Shown here: in pieces, positions 22,071 through 30,919 of the stretch
Position numbering within the stretch: the stretch's first letter is position 1
How the letters are laid out: every line of letters begins with the position of its first letter
NCBI GenBank assembly: GCA_963785725.1
Contig: CAWAWS010000022.1
Coordinates: 96,001-160,000 of the forward strand
From: an uncultured delta proteobacterium
GTDB lineage: Bacteria > Myxococcota_A > Polyangia > Palsa-1104
Direction: 5' to 3'
DNA: 64,000 bases
Translations under genes and position numbers: made by a program
The notes under the pieces: generated by a model
What the model saw: the letters and a program-made list of their open reading frames with translations, nothing else
What the model was told of the DNA's origin: nothing
Databases searched by the model: none

Positions 22071-25014
22071 ACGACGACCGACCGCGTTGCCATCGTCTCG
22101 TCTAACGCGCCTGGCGCTCGTGATCGTCGGCGTGACCGCGACCGCCAGCGCGCGCGGCGACGGGCGTGGCCCGAGCAACGATCCCGACATCATCGCCATC
22201 CAGAAGCTGGAAAAGGCCGGCAAGTACGCCGAAGGCGTGCCGCTCGCCGAGCAGCTGTTGGCGCGACGCGAGAAGCAGCGCGGCAGCAAGTCCGCCGAGG
22301 TCGCCGAGGCGGAGGAGCTGCTCGGCGAGCTGCGCTTCGGGCTGACGCAGTATGCCGAGGCGCGGACGCTCTACGAGCGCGCGCTCGCGATTCGCGAGGT
22401 CGTCTTCGGCAAGGACAGCCTCGAGGTCGCCACCCCGCTGAACGCCATCGCGGTGTTGAGCCGCCGGCTGGGCGAATACGAGCGGGCGCGGCCGCTCTTC
22501 GAGCGGGCGCTGCGCATCCAGCGGCTGAAGATGGCGCCCACCGATCCGGAGCTGGCGACGACGCTGAACAACCTGGGCCTCCTCTATCGAACCCTCGGCG
22601 AATACGAACGCGCGCGCCCACTGTACGAACAGGCGCTGGCCATCTGGGAAAAAGGGCGCGGGCCCAAAGATCCGCTCGTCGCCATCGGGCTGCACAACCT
22701 GGCCGCGATCTATCGCGCGCTCAACGAGCCGGCGCTGGCGCTGCCTTATGTCGAACGCTCGCTGGCGATTCGACAGGAGGTGCTCGGCGCCGAGCATCCG
22801 CATGTGGCGGCGTCGCTCAACCTCGAGGGCGGCGTCTACGAAGATCTCGGTGAATATGACAAGGCCGAAGCGCTCTACGTGCGGACGCTCGCGCTGCGCG
22901 AACGGACGCTGGGCGCGCACAACGACGATGTCGCGGTCTCCATCAACAACCTGGGGCGCTTTTACCTCCGGCGGCGCAAGCTCGACCTGGCCGCGCCGCT
23001 GCTCGCGCGCTCGCTGTCGCTGCGACAGGAGATGTTGGGCGCCAACCATCCCGGCACCGCGACCGCGCTCGCCAGCTGGGGCGAGTATCTGCTCGACCAG
23101 CGACGCTACGACGAGGGCCGCCGCTATCTGCGCCGGGCGCAGCAGATCGACGAGACTGCGTTCGGCCCGGTCCATCCGGAGCTGGTCGGCTTCAACAGCT
23201 ACATCGCCGGCTCCTATGCGGCGCAGCGACGGCCCGAAGCGGTGGCGCTGTACGAGCAGGGTCTCGGCATCAGCGAGAGCGTGCTGCGCCGCGATCTCTT
23301 GGGCGCCGACGAGACGGGCCTGGCCGCGTTCTTCGACGCCGAGGAGCACCGCAACGATCAGCGCTATTCGCTGGTGCTGCAGTTTCCCAAGAGCGAGCGC
23401 GCGCGGCAGGTGGCGCTGGCGACGGCGCTCTTGCGCAAAGGGCGCCTGGCCATCGAGGCCAAGCTGCTGACCCAGACGATTCGCGCCAGCCTGAAGGCGC
23501 CGGAGGACCAGGAGCAGCTGGTGCGTCTGCTCGACCTGCGCCGACGCATCGCCGGGCTCGAGCTGAAGGCGGTCATGCCCGAGCATCAGGGTCGCGTCGA
23601 GGCGGAGAGCGCGCTGCACGCCGCGGCGGCCGAGGCGCAGCAGCTCGCGCTGCAGGCGGCGGCGATCGAGGAGCAGCTGGCGCACAGCTCGGCGCCGTTG
23701 CGCATGCAGCGCCAGCTGCCCGAGCCGGCGGCGGTGGTCGCGGCGGTCGCCCACCAGCTGCCGCCGCAGACCGCGCTGGTGGAGCTGGTCCTCTTTCGGC
23801 CGATACGGTTCGAAGCCGGGCCCGACGTCCCGTCATCGATGCACGAGAATTATCACTACCTCGCGCTGGTGCTCGCCCCGAACGGCGACGTCAAGAGCAG
23901 CGACCTCGGCGACGCGTCGACGATCGACCGCGCCGTCGCGGCCCTGCGCGAAGCGCTGAGTAAGCCGGGCAGCGCGCCCAACGCGACGCGGGCGCTGGCC
24001 AAGCTGCTGATGGGTCGGATGGGTCCGCTCCTCGGCGGATGCGCCGAGCTCTACATTTCGCCGGACGGGGAGCTCAACCTCGTCCCGTTTGCGGCGCTCG
24101 ACGACGGCAAAGGCGCGCTGCTCGATCGCTATCGGCTGACCTACCTGACGTCCGGTCTCGACCTCTTGCCCGATCCGAGGCCGCCGACGAGCCGCGTCGT
24201 GGTCCTGGCCGATCCCGATTTTCACGCCGACGGGGCGCGGCTCGCGGTCAGCACGCGCGGGTCCGAGCCGGAGACGGACAGCGTGGCAGCCGACGATGCG
24301 CCGCTCAGCGACAACGCGCGCGGATCGCCCTGGCACCGCCTGCTCGGCACGCGGCGCGAGGCGGAAGACATTCGGCAGCTGCTGCCGCAGGCCCGGCTGC
24401 TGCTCGGCGCGGATGCGACCAAGGCCGCGCTGCTGCATCTGGCCGCGCCCGGCATCCTCCACATCGCGACGCACGGGCTGTTCCTCGAAGATCCGGACGC
24501 GACGGCGCCCGCGAAGATTGGGCCCGCGGGCACGACCCCGACGTCGCGCGTGCCGCGCAATCCGCTGTTGCGCTCGGCGATGGTCCTGGCCGGCGCCAAC
24601 GGCAGCCACGGTGACGCCACGCAAGGGCCGGACGGCGCGGACAATGGCCTCGTGACGGCGCTGGAGATCGCCGAGATGGATCTCGCGGGGACACAGCTCG
24701 TCGTCCTATCGGCGTGCGACACGGGGCGCGGGCAGGTGAAGCGCGGCCAGGGCGTGTATGGCTTGCGACGCGCCTTCCGCATCGCCGGCGCCGAGACGCT
24801 GGTGATGAGCCTGTGGAAGATCGACGACGAGACCACGCGCGACCTCATGGGCCGCTACTACCGCAAGCTGATCGCCGGCGAAGGACGCACCGAGGCGATG
24901 CGGCAGACGATGAAGGAGATTCGCGGCGAGCACGCCGATCCCAACTACTGGGCGCCGTTTTTCGTGCTCGGGCGTGCGGAGCCGCTGCGCGGGATTCATC
25001 CCACGGCGCAATAG
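22060..25014 (+). CDS. TPR-repeat CHAT (caspase-like) protease
   Basis: Multiple kinesin-light-chain-type TPRs (LNNLGLLY..GEYERARPLYEQALAI), ISPDGELNLVPFAAL, catalytic HIATHG and LSACDTG, PNYWAPF. Confidence 0.95.
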   Translation: MLTERRPTALPSSRLTRLALVIVGVTATASARGDGRGPSNDPDIIAIQKLEKAGKYAEGVPLAEQLLARREKQRGSKSAEVAEAEELLGELRFGLTQYAEARTLYERALAIREVVFGKDSLEVATPLNAIAVLSRRLGEYERARPLFERALRIQRLKMAPTDPELATTLNNLGLLYRTLGEYERARPLYEQALAIWEKGRGPKDPLVAIGLHNLAAIYRALNEPALALPYVERSLAIRQEVLGAEHPHVAASLNLEGGVYEDLGEYDKAEALYVRTLALRERTLGAHNDDVAVSINNLGRFYLRRRKLDLAAPLLARSLSLRQEMLGANHPGTATALASWGEYLLDQRRYDEGRRYLRRAQQIDETAFGPVHPELVGFNSYIAGSYAAQRRPEAVALYEQGLGISESVLRRDLLGADETGLAAFFDAEEHRNDQRYSLVLQFPKSERARQVALATALLRKGRLAIEAKLLTQTIRASLKAPEDQEQLVRLLDLRRRIAGLELKAVMPEHQGRVEAESALHAAAAEAQQLALQAAAIEEQLAHSSAPLRMQRQLPEPAAVVAAVAHQLPPQTALVELVLFRPIRFEAGPDVPSSMHENYHYLALVLAPNGDVKSSDLGDASTIDRAVAALREALSKPGSAPNATRALAKLLMGRMGPLLGGCAELYISPDGELNLVPFAALDDGKGALLDRYRLTYLTSGLDLLPDPRPPTSRVVVLADPDFHADGARLAVSTRGSEPETDSVAADDAPLSDNARGSPWHRLLGTRREAEDIRQLLPQARLLLGADATKAALLHLAAPGILHIATHGLFLEDPDATAPAKIGPAGTTPTSRVPRNPLLRSAMVLAGANGSHGDATQGPDGADNGLVTALEIAEMDLAGTQLVVLSACDTGRGQVKRGQGVYGLRRAFRIAGAETLVMSLWKIDDETTRDLMGRYYRKLIAGEGRTEAMRQTMKEIRGEHADPNYWAPFFVLGRAEPLRGIHPTAQ

Positions 25015-25164
25015 GCGGAGCTCGCCCTCTCGCACCTTGGCCAGTCGCTCGAGCGCACGGCAAGCCGGAATACGGTCAGGCCCTTGTCTCAGCGCAGGAC
25101 CGTATCGCGCTCGGCCATCACGCCTCGGCCTCGTTCTTGCGACGACTCAGGCAGGAGGTGCGAC

Positions 25165-25716
25165 ATGAGATTCTGGAAGTTGCTGGCTGCAGCCGTGTTC
25201 ACGATCGCAGCGGGATGCGGAGCGACCGTGCGCTCGGCTGCGAGCCCCAACGTCAATCTGAGCCAGTTCAAGACATTCTCGTTCCAGCCCGAGCAGCCGC
25301 AACAAGCGCAGTCGCTGGCCAGCCAGGACATTCAGTCTTCGTTGCGACAGCAGCTGGCCATGAAGGGAATGACCGAGGCGACGAACGGACAGCCCGACTT
25401 CCTCGTCGCGTATCACACGAAGCTGCAACAAAAGACCGAGGCGGTCGGTCCGGGGTACGGATACGGATATGGGTATGGGTATGGATATAACTTCGGCTTA
25501 GCCGGCTGGGGCGCCAACGTCACGACGTTCACGGAAGGAACGTTGATCGTCGACTTCATCGATCCGCAAACGAGGAAAGTGTTTTGGCGCGGGACGGCGT
25601 CGCAAGTGGTGAACCATCCCGAGTCGCCCAATCCGGTCAAGATCGACAAGGCCATCAGTAAGATGGTCAATCGCTACCCGTCTCTGGTCGCGAGCACGCC
25701 GCGTCAGGGAATGTAG
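25165..25716 (+). CDS. DUF4136-like lipoprotein
   Basis: Lipobox IAAGC, FKTFSF, PDFLVAY, GY repeat, EGTLIVDFID..VFWRG; AGGAGG RBS. Confidence 0.88.
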   Translation: MRFWKLLAAAVFTIAAGCGATVRSAASPNVNLSQFKTFSFQPEQPQQAQSLASQDIQSSLRQQLAMKGMTEATNGQPDFLVAYHTKLQQKTEAVGPGYGYGYGYGYGYNFGLAGWGANVTTFTEGTLIVDFIDPQTRKVFWRGTASQVVNHPESPNPVKIDKAISKMVNRYPSLVASTPRQGM

Positions 25717-25797
25717 CGACCCGGCCCACGCGGGCTTTGCGCGCTCGGTCGAGCGCTCGCGCGTGACTCGTCAATGACGCTTTAGGAACGATCCTGC

Positions 25798-26586
25798 TCA
25801 GCTCCGCGCTTCGGCGGCGCGCAACGCCTTCTTGGCGTGCTGATCTTTGGGATCCTGCGCCACCACGTAGCGCCACTCGGCCGCCGACCATTTGTAGGCA
25901 CCGCCGTTGTAATAGATCGTGGCGAGCGAACGGCGCGTCGTCAGGTCCTCGGGATCGCGGTCGAGCGCGCGGCGACAGACCCGCGCCGCCTCGTTCAGGC
26001 GACCCAGGTCGGCGATCGCCAGGCAGGCGCCGCGCAGCGCGCGCACGTCGTCGACCGAGCGGCCGATCTGCTGCTGGAACCTCGTCAGGGCGAGCGCGGC
26101 GCGCCCCTGGCGCAGCAGCTTCTCGCCGGCGACGACGTCAGGCGAGACCTTGGCCACGCGCGCCGCGACGCGCGCTTTTGCCGAACGACGGCTCACCGGC
26201 GCGCTCGACCGCCGCGAGGCCGACACCGCCACCGGCGTTGCAGTCGGCTGCGTCGGCAGCGGCGCCGCGCTCGGCTGCGCCGGTGGCGCCGCCGTGGCGA
26301 TCTGCGCCGGCGGCAACGAGGCCGGCTCGGTCTTCTGCGTCGGCTCGGCGATCGCCAGCGCGGGCAGGTCGCTCACTCGCGAGGCGTGCGCCACGTGCGT
26401 CAGCAGCTGGCAAAAGCCGACCAGCAGCACGGCGACGCTGCCGCCGATCCAGGCCACCATCGGCACGCTTCGGCGCGACTCGCCGGCGGCGCCACCGTCG
26501 TCTTCATAGATGGACAGGGTCTCCGCCAACGACTCCGCATTCTCCCCCCGCTCGAACCACGCTGCGGTCGTGTCTTGCCTTGCCAT
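25798..26586 (-). CDS. Membrane-anchored TPR protein
   Basis: TM segment, Pro/Ala linker, C-terminal TPR-like helices. Confidence 0.7.
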   Translation of the reverse strand: MARQDTTAAWFERGENAESLAETLSIYEDDGGAAGESRRSVPMVAWIGGSVAVLLVGFCQLLTHVAHASRVSDLPALAIAEPTQKTEPASLPPAQIATAAPPAQPSAAPLPTQPTATPVAVSASRRSSAPVSRRSAKARVAARVAKVSPDVVAGEKLLRQGRAALALTRFQQQIGRSVDDVRALRGACLAIADLGRLNEAARVCRRALDRDPEDLTTRRSLATIYYNGGAYKWSAAEWRYVVAQDPKDQHAKKALRAAEARS

Positions 26587-26599
26587 GCGCGGGAGACAA

Positions 26600-26615
26600 A
26601 GCAGCCGCCGTGCCA
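26600..26615 (-). promoter_or_regulatory. Putative sigma54 promoter
   Basis: TGGCACGGCGGCTGCT (GG-N10-GC) about 14 nt upstream of ATG 26586. Confidence 0.6.
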
Positions 26616-26900
26616 CAGGCGACCCGGCCGGTTTCGCGGTCTTGCCGGCACACGATGTCGCCAGGTCTCCGGAAATCGGAGAGCGGCTCTCTTGATTCCC
26701 TAAGAAGGCGTCACGACCGCGATCATCGAGAGAGGATCTCGTGCCGACTGGCGAGCCACTCGAAAAGGCTCTCCGGGCCGAGCTGTCGGTCCGGAGCTGA
26801 ACCGTGCGTTCAAGGCGATCGAGCGTCGTAGCGTGACTCCGTCAAAGCGCGAGCGTCGACTATCGCCGCAAAGCTATCGCGATGGCATCGGGCGCAACTG

Positions 26901-27413
26901 TTACGGGCAGCTCTGATTGCAGATGGAGCCGACTTCAGTCACGCACTGTGAGCTCCACTTCGTGACACAGCAGTAGTTGTCCTGCGCGCAGATCTGCGTG
27001 ACGCACGCGTCGCAGCCGTCGGTGAGCTTCGCGCCCGACGTGCAAATGTCGTGTGCACAGCTGTCGCCGGTGGTCGCGAGATCGGGCGGCGCCTTTGCGT
27101 GGCTCATGTCGGCGGGCCCGCTCATCGCGAGGTCGCCGCTTGCCGTATCGCCGCCGCCACCGCCACCGCCGCTTCCACCACCGCCGCCGCTGCCACCGCT
27201 TCCACCACCGCCGGCACTTCCACCGCCGTCAGCGGGGTTCGGCGAGGTGCGACAGCGGCCGCCGACGCAAAAGAAACCGCTCGGGCACGCAGGGATCAAC
27301 GTCGGATCGCAGGCGAAGCCGCCGTCCTCGATGGTTGGGTGAAAGCATCCGCCCAGCGCCGGAAAACAGGCGATGAGCACGAGCATGCAGGTCGTCCGGA
27401 AGGCGCTCCTCAC
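26901..27413 (-). CDS. Cys-rich lipoprotein with Gly linker
   Basis: LGGC lipobox; two Cys clusters separated by a Gly/Ser tract and DLA/DMS motifs; GGAGG before GTG. Confidence 0.8.
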   Translation of the reverse strand: MRSAFRTTCMLVLIACFPALGGCFHPTIEDGGFACDPTLIPACPSGFFCVGGRCRTSPNPADGGGSAGGGGSGGSGGGGGSGGGGGGGDTASGDLAMSGPADMSHAKAPPDLATTGDSCAHDICTSGAKLTDGCDACVTQICAQDNYCCVTKWSSQCVTEVGSICNQSCP

Positions 27414-27572
27414 CTCCGTCTATGTCGTGAGGCATCGGTTAGCTTCATACCCGTTGCCGCCGTCGCCAATTTCGGCCGGTTGGCGCACGTTCCACCTATC
27501 GTCTCAGCGCACGGGACGTCGCCGTCGGCTCGGCCATACGCGCCGCTATCGGCCATGAAGCCAGCGCGGCGC

Positions 27573-28037
27573 TCAGTCGAAGAGGACGACGACATCGAAC
27601 CGAGAATGCCGGTGCAAGAGGTCGAGCAACGGGTCGAGGGAGCCGCCCAGCCGGCGCACGTCCAGCTCGAACCCCAACAACGACTGGTCCGCTTGCTCAC
27701 GATCAGCCGCGTCGACCATCGGATTGAGCAGCGAGATCGCCCAGAACCGCGTCCACCATCCCTCGGCACGGCTCACGATGGGTCGTCGGTCGCGCACGAC
27801 GAAGTACAACACAAAACGCCCACTGCGCTCGAGGGTCGAACGAAAGCTCGGGGGTGCGAATGAAAAGCGCTTCTCCTGCCATCCGCTCGCGGTCTGCTCG
27901 AGCCACGGAACGGGGCAGACGAACGCGATTTCGTCCCAGCCGATTCGGAGTGGGCGCGCCGGCCAAGGTCTGACGACGAGCCCGGCTTCATCGAACCGTA
28001 GCCGCAATAGGCCGCGCGCGTGCGTGACGGAAGTCAT
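27573..28037 (-). CDS. Hypothetical protein
   Basis: 154-aa ORF with protein-like composition; IGWDEIA is PH-like. Confidence 0.5.
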   Translation of the reverse strand: MTSVTHARGLLRLRFDEAGLVVRPWPARPLRIGWDEIAFVCPVPWLEQTASGWQEKRFSFAPPSFRSTLERSGRFVLYFVVRDRRPIVSRAEGWWTRFWAISLLNPMVDAADREQADQSLLGFELDVRRLGGSLDPLLDLLHRHSRFDVVVLFD

Positions 28038-28340
28038 GCCGGCCGACCATGCTCAGGCGCCCAAGCCATCGCTGCGACGTATTCTATGCTCGATAGGCGC
28101 TGATCGCTGTCGCAGCCCGCCGAAACACGCTCGCGCTCTTGCTCGTATAGGACGCGTCATGCGCGACGACTGCTCTGACGTGACCGACAACACATCCGGG
28201 CGATCGTGGCGTACGGCGATGACGCAATGACCGGCACGCCTATTGGAGACGACACATCGGATCGCCGCGACAATGCAACCTCGGGTACGCTGAGGCCGAA
28301 GCCGATCGCGCGGCTGCGGCCCGATAGTGAGCGTGCGACA

Positions 28341-29342
28341 ATGACCGATAGCGTGCGGAATCAAGCTCGTCCTTCGCAGTGGCGTAGGCGCCTCGTGATC
28401 GCGCTCGCCGTCATCGGCGTTCTCGGCGCCGGCGGCTGGCTGGCGCGGCGCAGCTGGCTCCTCAAGCACGATCCACTGGCCGCGCTCGGCGGCGTTCAGC
28501 TGGTCTATGAAATTGGCAGTTGGGACCGCCCGGATGCGCTGCCGCGCGAGACCGCCGTCGCGCGCACGGCCGAGACCGTGCGTCGCCGCTTCCTCGACGC
28601 GGTCCCGCTCGGTCGCTTCAAGGCGGAGGGCACGCGTCTCGAGCTGCTGGTGCCGGCGCCCGATGCAAGCGGCCACCGCTTCGACGAGCTCAAGACAATC
28701 ATCGCCCAGTCCGGCAGCTTCGAGCTCAAGATCATAGATGACGGCTCGCCGTTCATGGATGAGCTCGCGCGCCGCTGGCAACAAACGACCGATGGCGATC
28801 CCGCGATCGAGGTCGCGACCGAACGATGGGGCAGCGCGCCGGAACGTCACGAGACGCTCTTCGCGAGCGCCGACCGCGAAAAGCTCGAGGCGGTCCTCGC
28901 GCGACTCACACGCGATCCGCCGCTGGCCGACGATCACCAGTTTGGCTTCGAATTATTGCAGGCTCCCGATGGTCGTCATTGGCGCGCGCATCTCTTGTTC
29001 AAGCGAGCGGAGATCGCCAACGACGACATCGCCGGCGTCACGCTCGATTCGACAGCGGGCTCACCGCGCTTGAGCCTGACGTTGCGGCCCGAAAGCGCGC
29101 AGCGCTTCGCCGCGGCGACCGAGCACGCCGTCGGACGGCGGTTGGCCACGCTCTATCCGGGTCGCGTGAGCTCGGTGCAGGTGATCGAATCGCAGCAGCC
29201 CAAAGAACGCCTCTCGATTGCGCTCGGCGCGACCTCGCCGCCGCAGCTGGCGGCGCTGTTGAGCGCGCTGCGCACGGGAGCGTTGGCCGCGCCGCTCAAG
29301 AAAGTCCAAGAGCAACCCATCGGCCCGCTCGCCCGCGACTAA
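28341..29342 (+). CDS. Stand-alone SecD TM1 + P1 periplasmic domain protein
   Basis: LGGVQLVYE, IIAQSGSFELKIID, RFAAATEHAVGRRLA, ends LRTGALAAPLKKVQEQPIGP; no further TM helices. Confidence 0.75.
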   Translation: MTDSVRNQARPSQWRRRLVIALAVIGVLGAGGWLARRSWLLKHDPLAALGGVQLVYEIGSWDRPDALPRETAVARTAETVRRRFLDAVPLGRFKAEGTRLELLVPAPDASGHRFDELKTIIAQSGSFELKIIDDGSPFMDELARRWQQTTDGDPAIEVATERWGSAPERHETLFASADREKLEAVLARLTRDPPLADDHQFGFELLQAPDGRHWRAHLLFKRAEIANDDIAGVTLDSTAGSPRLSLTLRPESAQRFAAATEHAVGRRLATLYPGRVSSVQVIESQQPKERLSIALGATSPPQLAALLSALRTGALAAPLKKVQEQPIGPLARD

Positions 29343-29463
29343 ACAGTTTCGCGTGGGTTGAGAGACCAGCGAGAGACAAGGACGGAGCAAGGAGCCGGCG
29401 CAGCATACAATAGGCCTTCGACGCGGCAGCGGGGACAAGCTCATCGGCGGGCCAATGACGCGC

Positions 29464-29862
29464 TCAGAGCAGCGCGTGCCGAATCAGTCGCTCGAGCTCG
29501 AGTCGCGACAGAACGCCAACCGCGACGGCCACGATCCCGCCATCGCGCAGCAGCAAGAGGGTTGGCTGCGTCGCGCTGACCCAGGTCCGGAGTCGACGCG
29601 CCGCCTCCGCGGGCGCGTAGCGCTCGACGTCCAGCCGTGACGCGAGCTCGCGGTCCAGAACGGGCATGGGCGCGTCGTGTGTGGCCGAGCCTGCGGTCGG
29701 AGCGCAGACGACGAGTCGGAGACGCGGTCGAACGGCGGCAGAAGTGACCTTCTCTTGCGCGAGCGACTTTCGCGTGAAGCCTCGCGCAGCCGCGGGCGAA
29801 CCGCACGACGCCGGCGATCGAAACAGTCGCGGCGTAAGCATCGAAGCCATCTGGTTCTCCAT
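29464..29862 (-). CDS. Thioredoxin-fold-like protein lacking CxxC
   Basis: C-terminus PTLLLLRDGGIVAVAVGVLSRLELERLI; sigma54-like motif upstream. Confidence 0.5.
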   Translation of the reverse strand: MENQMASMLTPRLFRSPASCGSPAAARGFTRKSLAQEKVTSAAVRPRLRLVVCAPTAGSATHDAPMPVLDRELASRLDVERYAPAEAARRLRTWVSATQPTLLLLRDGGIVAVAVGVLSRLELERLIRHALL

Positions 29863-29890
29863 GGGGCGATCGCCCTCGTCGCAGCTACAT

Positions 29891-29906
29891 CGCATCGCGC
29901 ATGCCA
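29891..29906 (-). promoter_or_regulatory. Putative sigma54 promoter
   Basis: TGGCATGCGCGATGCG (GG-N10-GC). Confidence 0.55.
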
Positions 29907-30538
29907 GCCGAAAGTGGCCGAGCTGCGTGAAGATCGCGGCAGCGGCGCTCCGCATTCTGCAACCTCGCGCTCGTTCCAGAGTTGCAGAATCCAGGTAAGG
30001 CCGCGTCGCTCCGGATCGACCGGACCTTGCCGACTCCTTAGCGACTCACCGCGTGGCAAGGGAAAGAAAGCGGCGCGCCAACTGTCGACAATCCGCTCCG
30101 CACTGGGGAAACCGAAGAATGAACTTAGCCTGGTAGAGCGCAGTCATCGATTCGCAGGATGTCGTTGGCATCTTCGATGTAGGAGCGCTGCTGGGCAATG
30201 AGGTCTTCAAACGAGCGAATGACGGCGACTTCGATGACCGGACCGGCCGGCGGTTCGTCATATCCACGTCCTTCAGCACAATGCGCGCCAGCGCGAAGCT
30301 GCCCGTTCCCGCGGCGATCGCACCCCGACTATTGAGAATTGCAATGAGATGAACGTTTCGGCATTGCAAGGCGATGTCGCGACAGTCCCTCGAACCAGGC
30401 AATCGCGACATTGCATTTAGGAGAACGAGCGCGTCGGGTTCGGACAAATGAGAATGTAACGATCCCGTAGCCTATGGTGCGGCCGAAGGCGCAATTGCTT
30501 CGCAGGTGACTGCAAGACGGAGCCGTAGCGCCATGGGC

Positions 30539-30724
30539 TCAAAAGCCGGCGCTCTCGATCTCGCGAAAACGCTGCCAGCACTCCTCGCAGACGTGCTCGT
30601 CCTTCCACACGTGGCTCGCGCGGCGCAGTGGATGGACGAAGCAGTGACGGACTGCGACGACGTAGCTGCGCAGATCGACCGCTCGAAGATTGTGGTCATT
30701 GAAATCGGGGCGAGGTCGCATCAT
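30539..30724 (-). CDS. Small putative Zn-binding protein (CxxH ... CxxC)
   Basis: 61 aa with HCFVHP..HVCEECW; sigma54-like motif immediately upstream. Confidence 0.45.
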   Translation of the reverse strand: MMRPRPDFNDHNLRAVDLRSYVVAVRHCFVHPLRRASHVWKDEHVCEECWQRFREIESAGF

Positions 30725-30736
30725 TCGTTGCGCGAC

Positions 30737-30752
30737 TGCATAGGCAATGCCG
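30737..30752 (-). promoter_or_regulatory. Putative sigma54 promoter
   Basis: CGGCATTGCCTATGCA (GG-N10-GC). Confidence 0.5.
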
Positions 30753-30919
30753 CATTCGACGCCTGCGGACGATCAGGCTCTTGCGCGGCTGTCGTTCGGA
30801 GAATCGGGCCACCGTCGCGACTCTCGTCGCGATTCGATCGGCTCGCGGCGCCGCGTTTCGCAACGTTTCAGTTGCTCGGTCGCAATGACCTTGGCAATGG
30901 TCCGGAAGGCGATAGGCAG

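Noticed and set aside
25453..25488. GGATAC/GGGTAT hexamer repeat as a phase-variation tract
   Set aside because: In frame and imperfect; it encodes the Gly-Tyr loop usual in DUF4136 proteins.
26700..26900. Possible degraded gene or ncRNA in the intergenic gap
   Set aside because: Short protein-like pieces in different frames, with no family or structure I can support.
30046..30447. 133-aa minus-strand ORF in the lower-GC zone
   Set aside because: No motif, RBS or typical codon bias; left unannotated.
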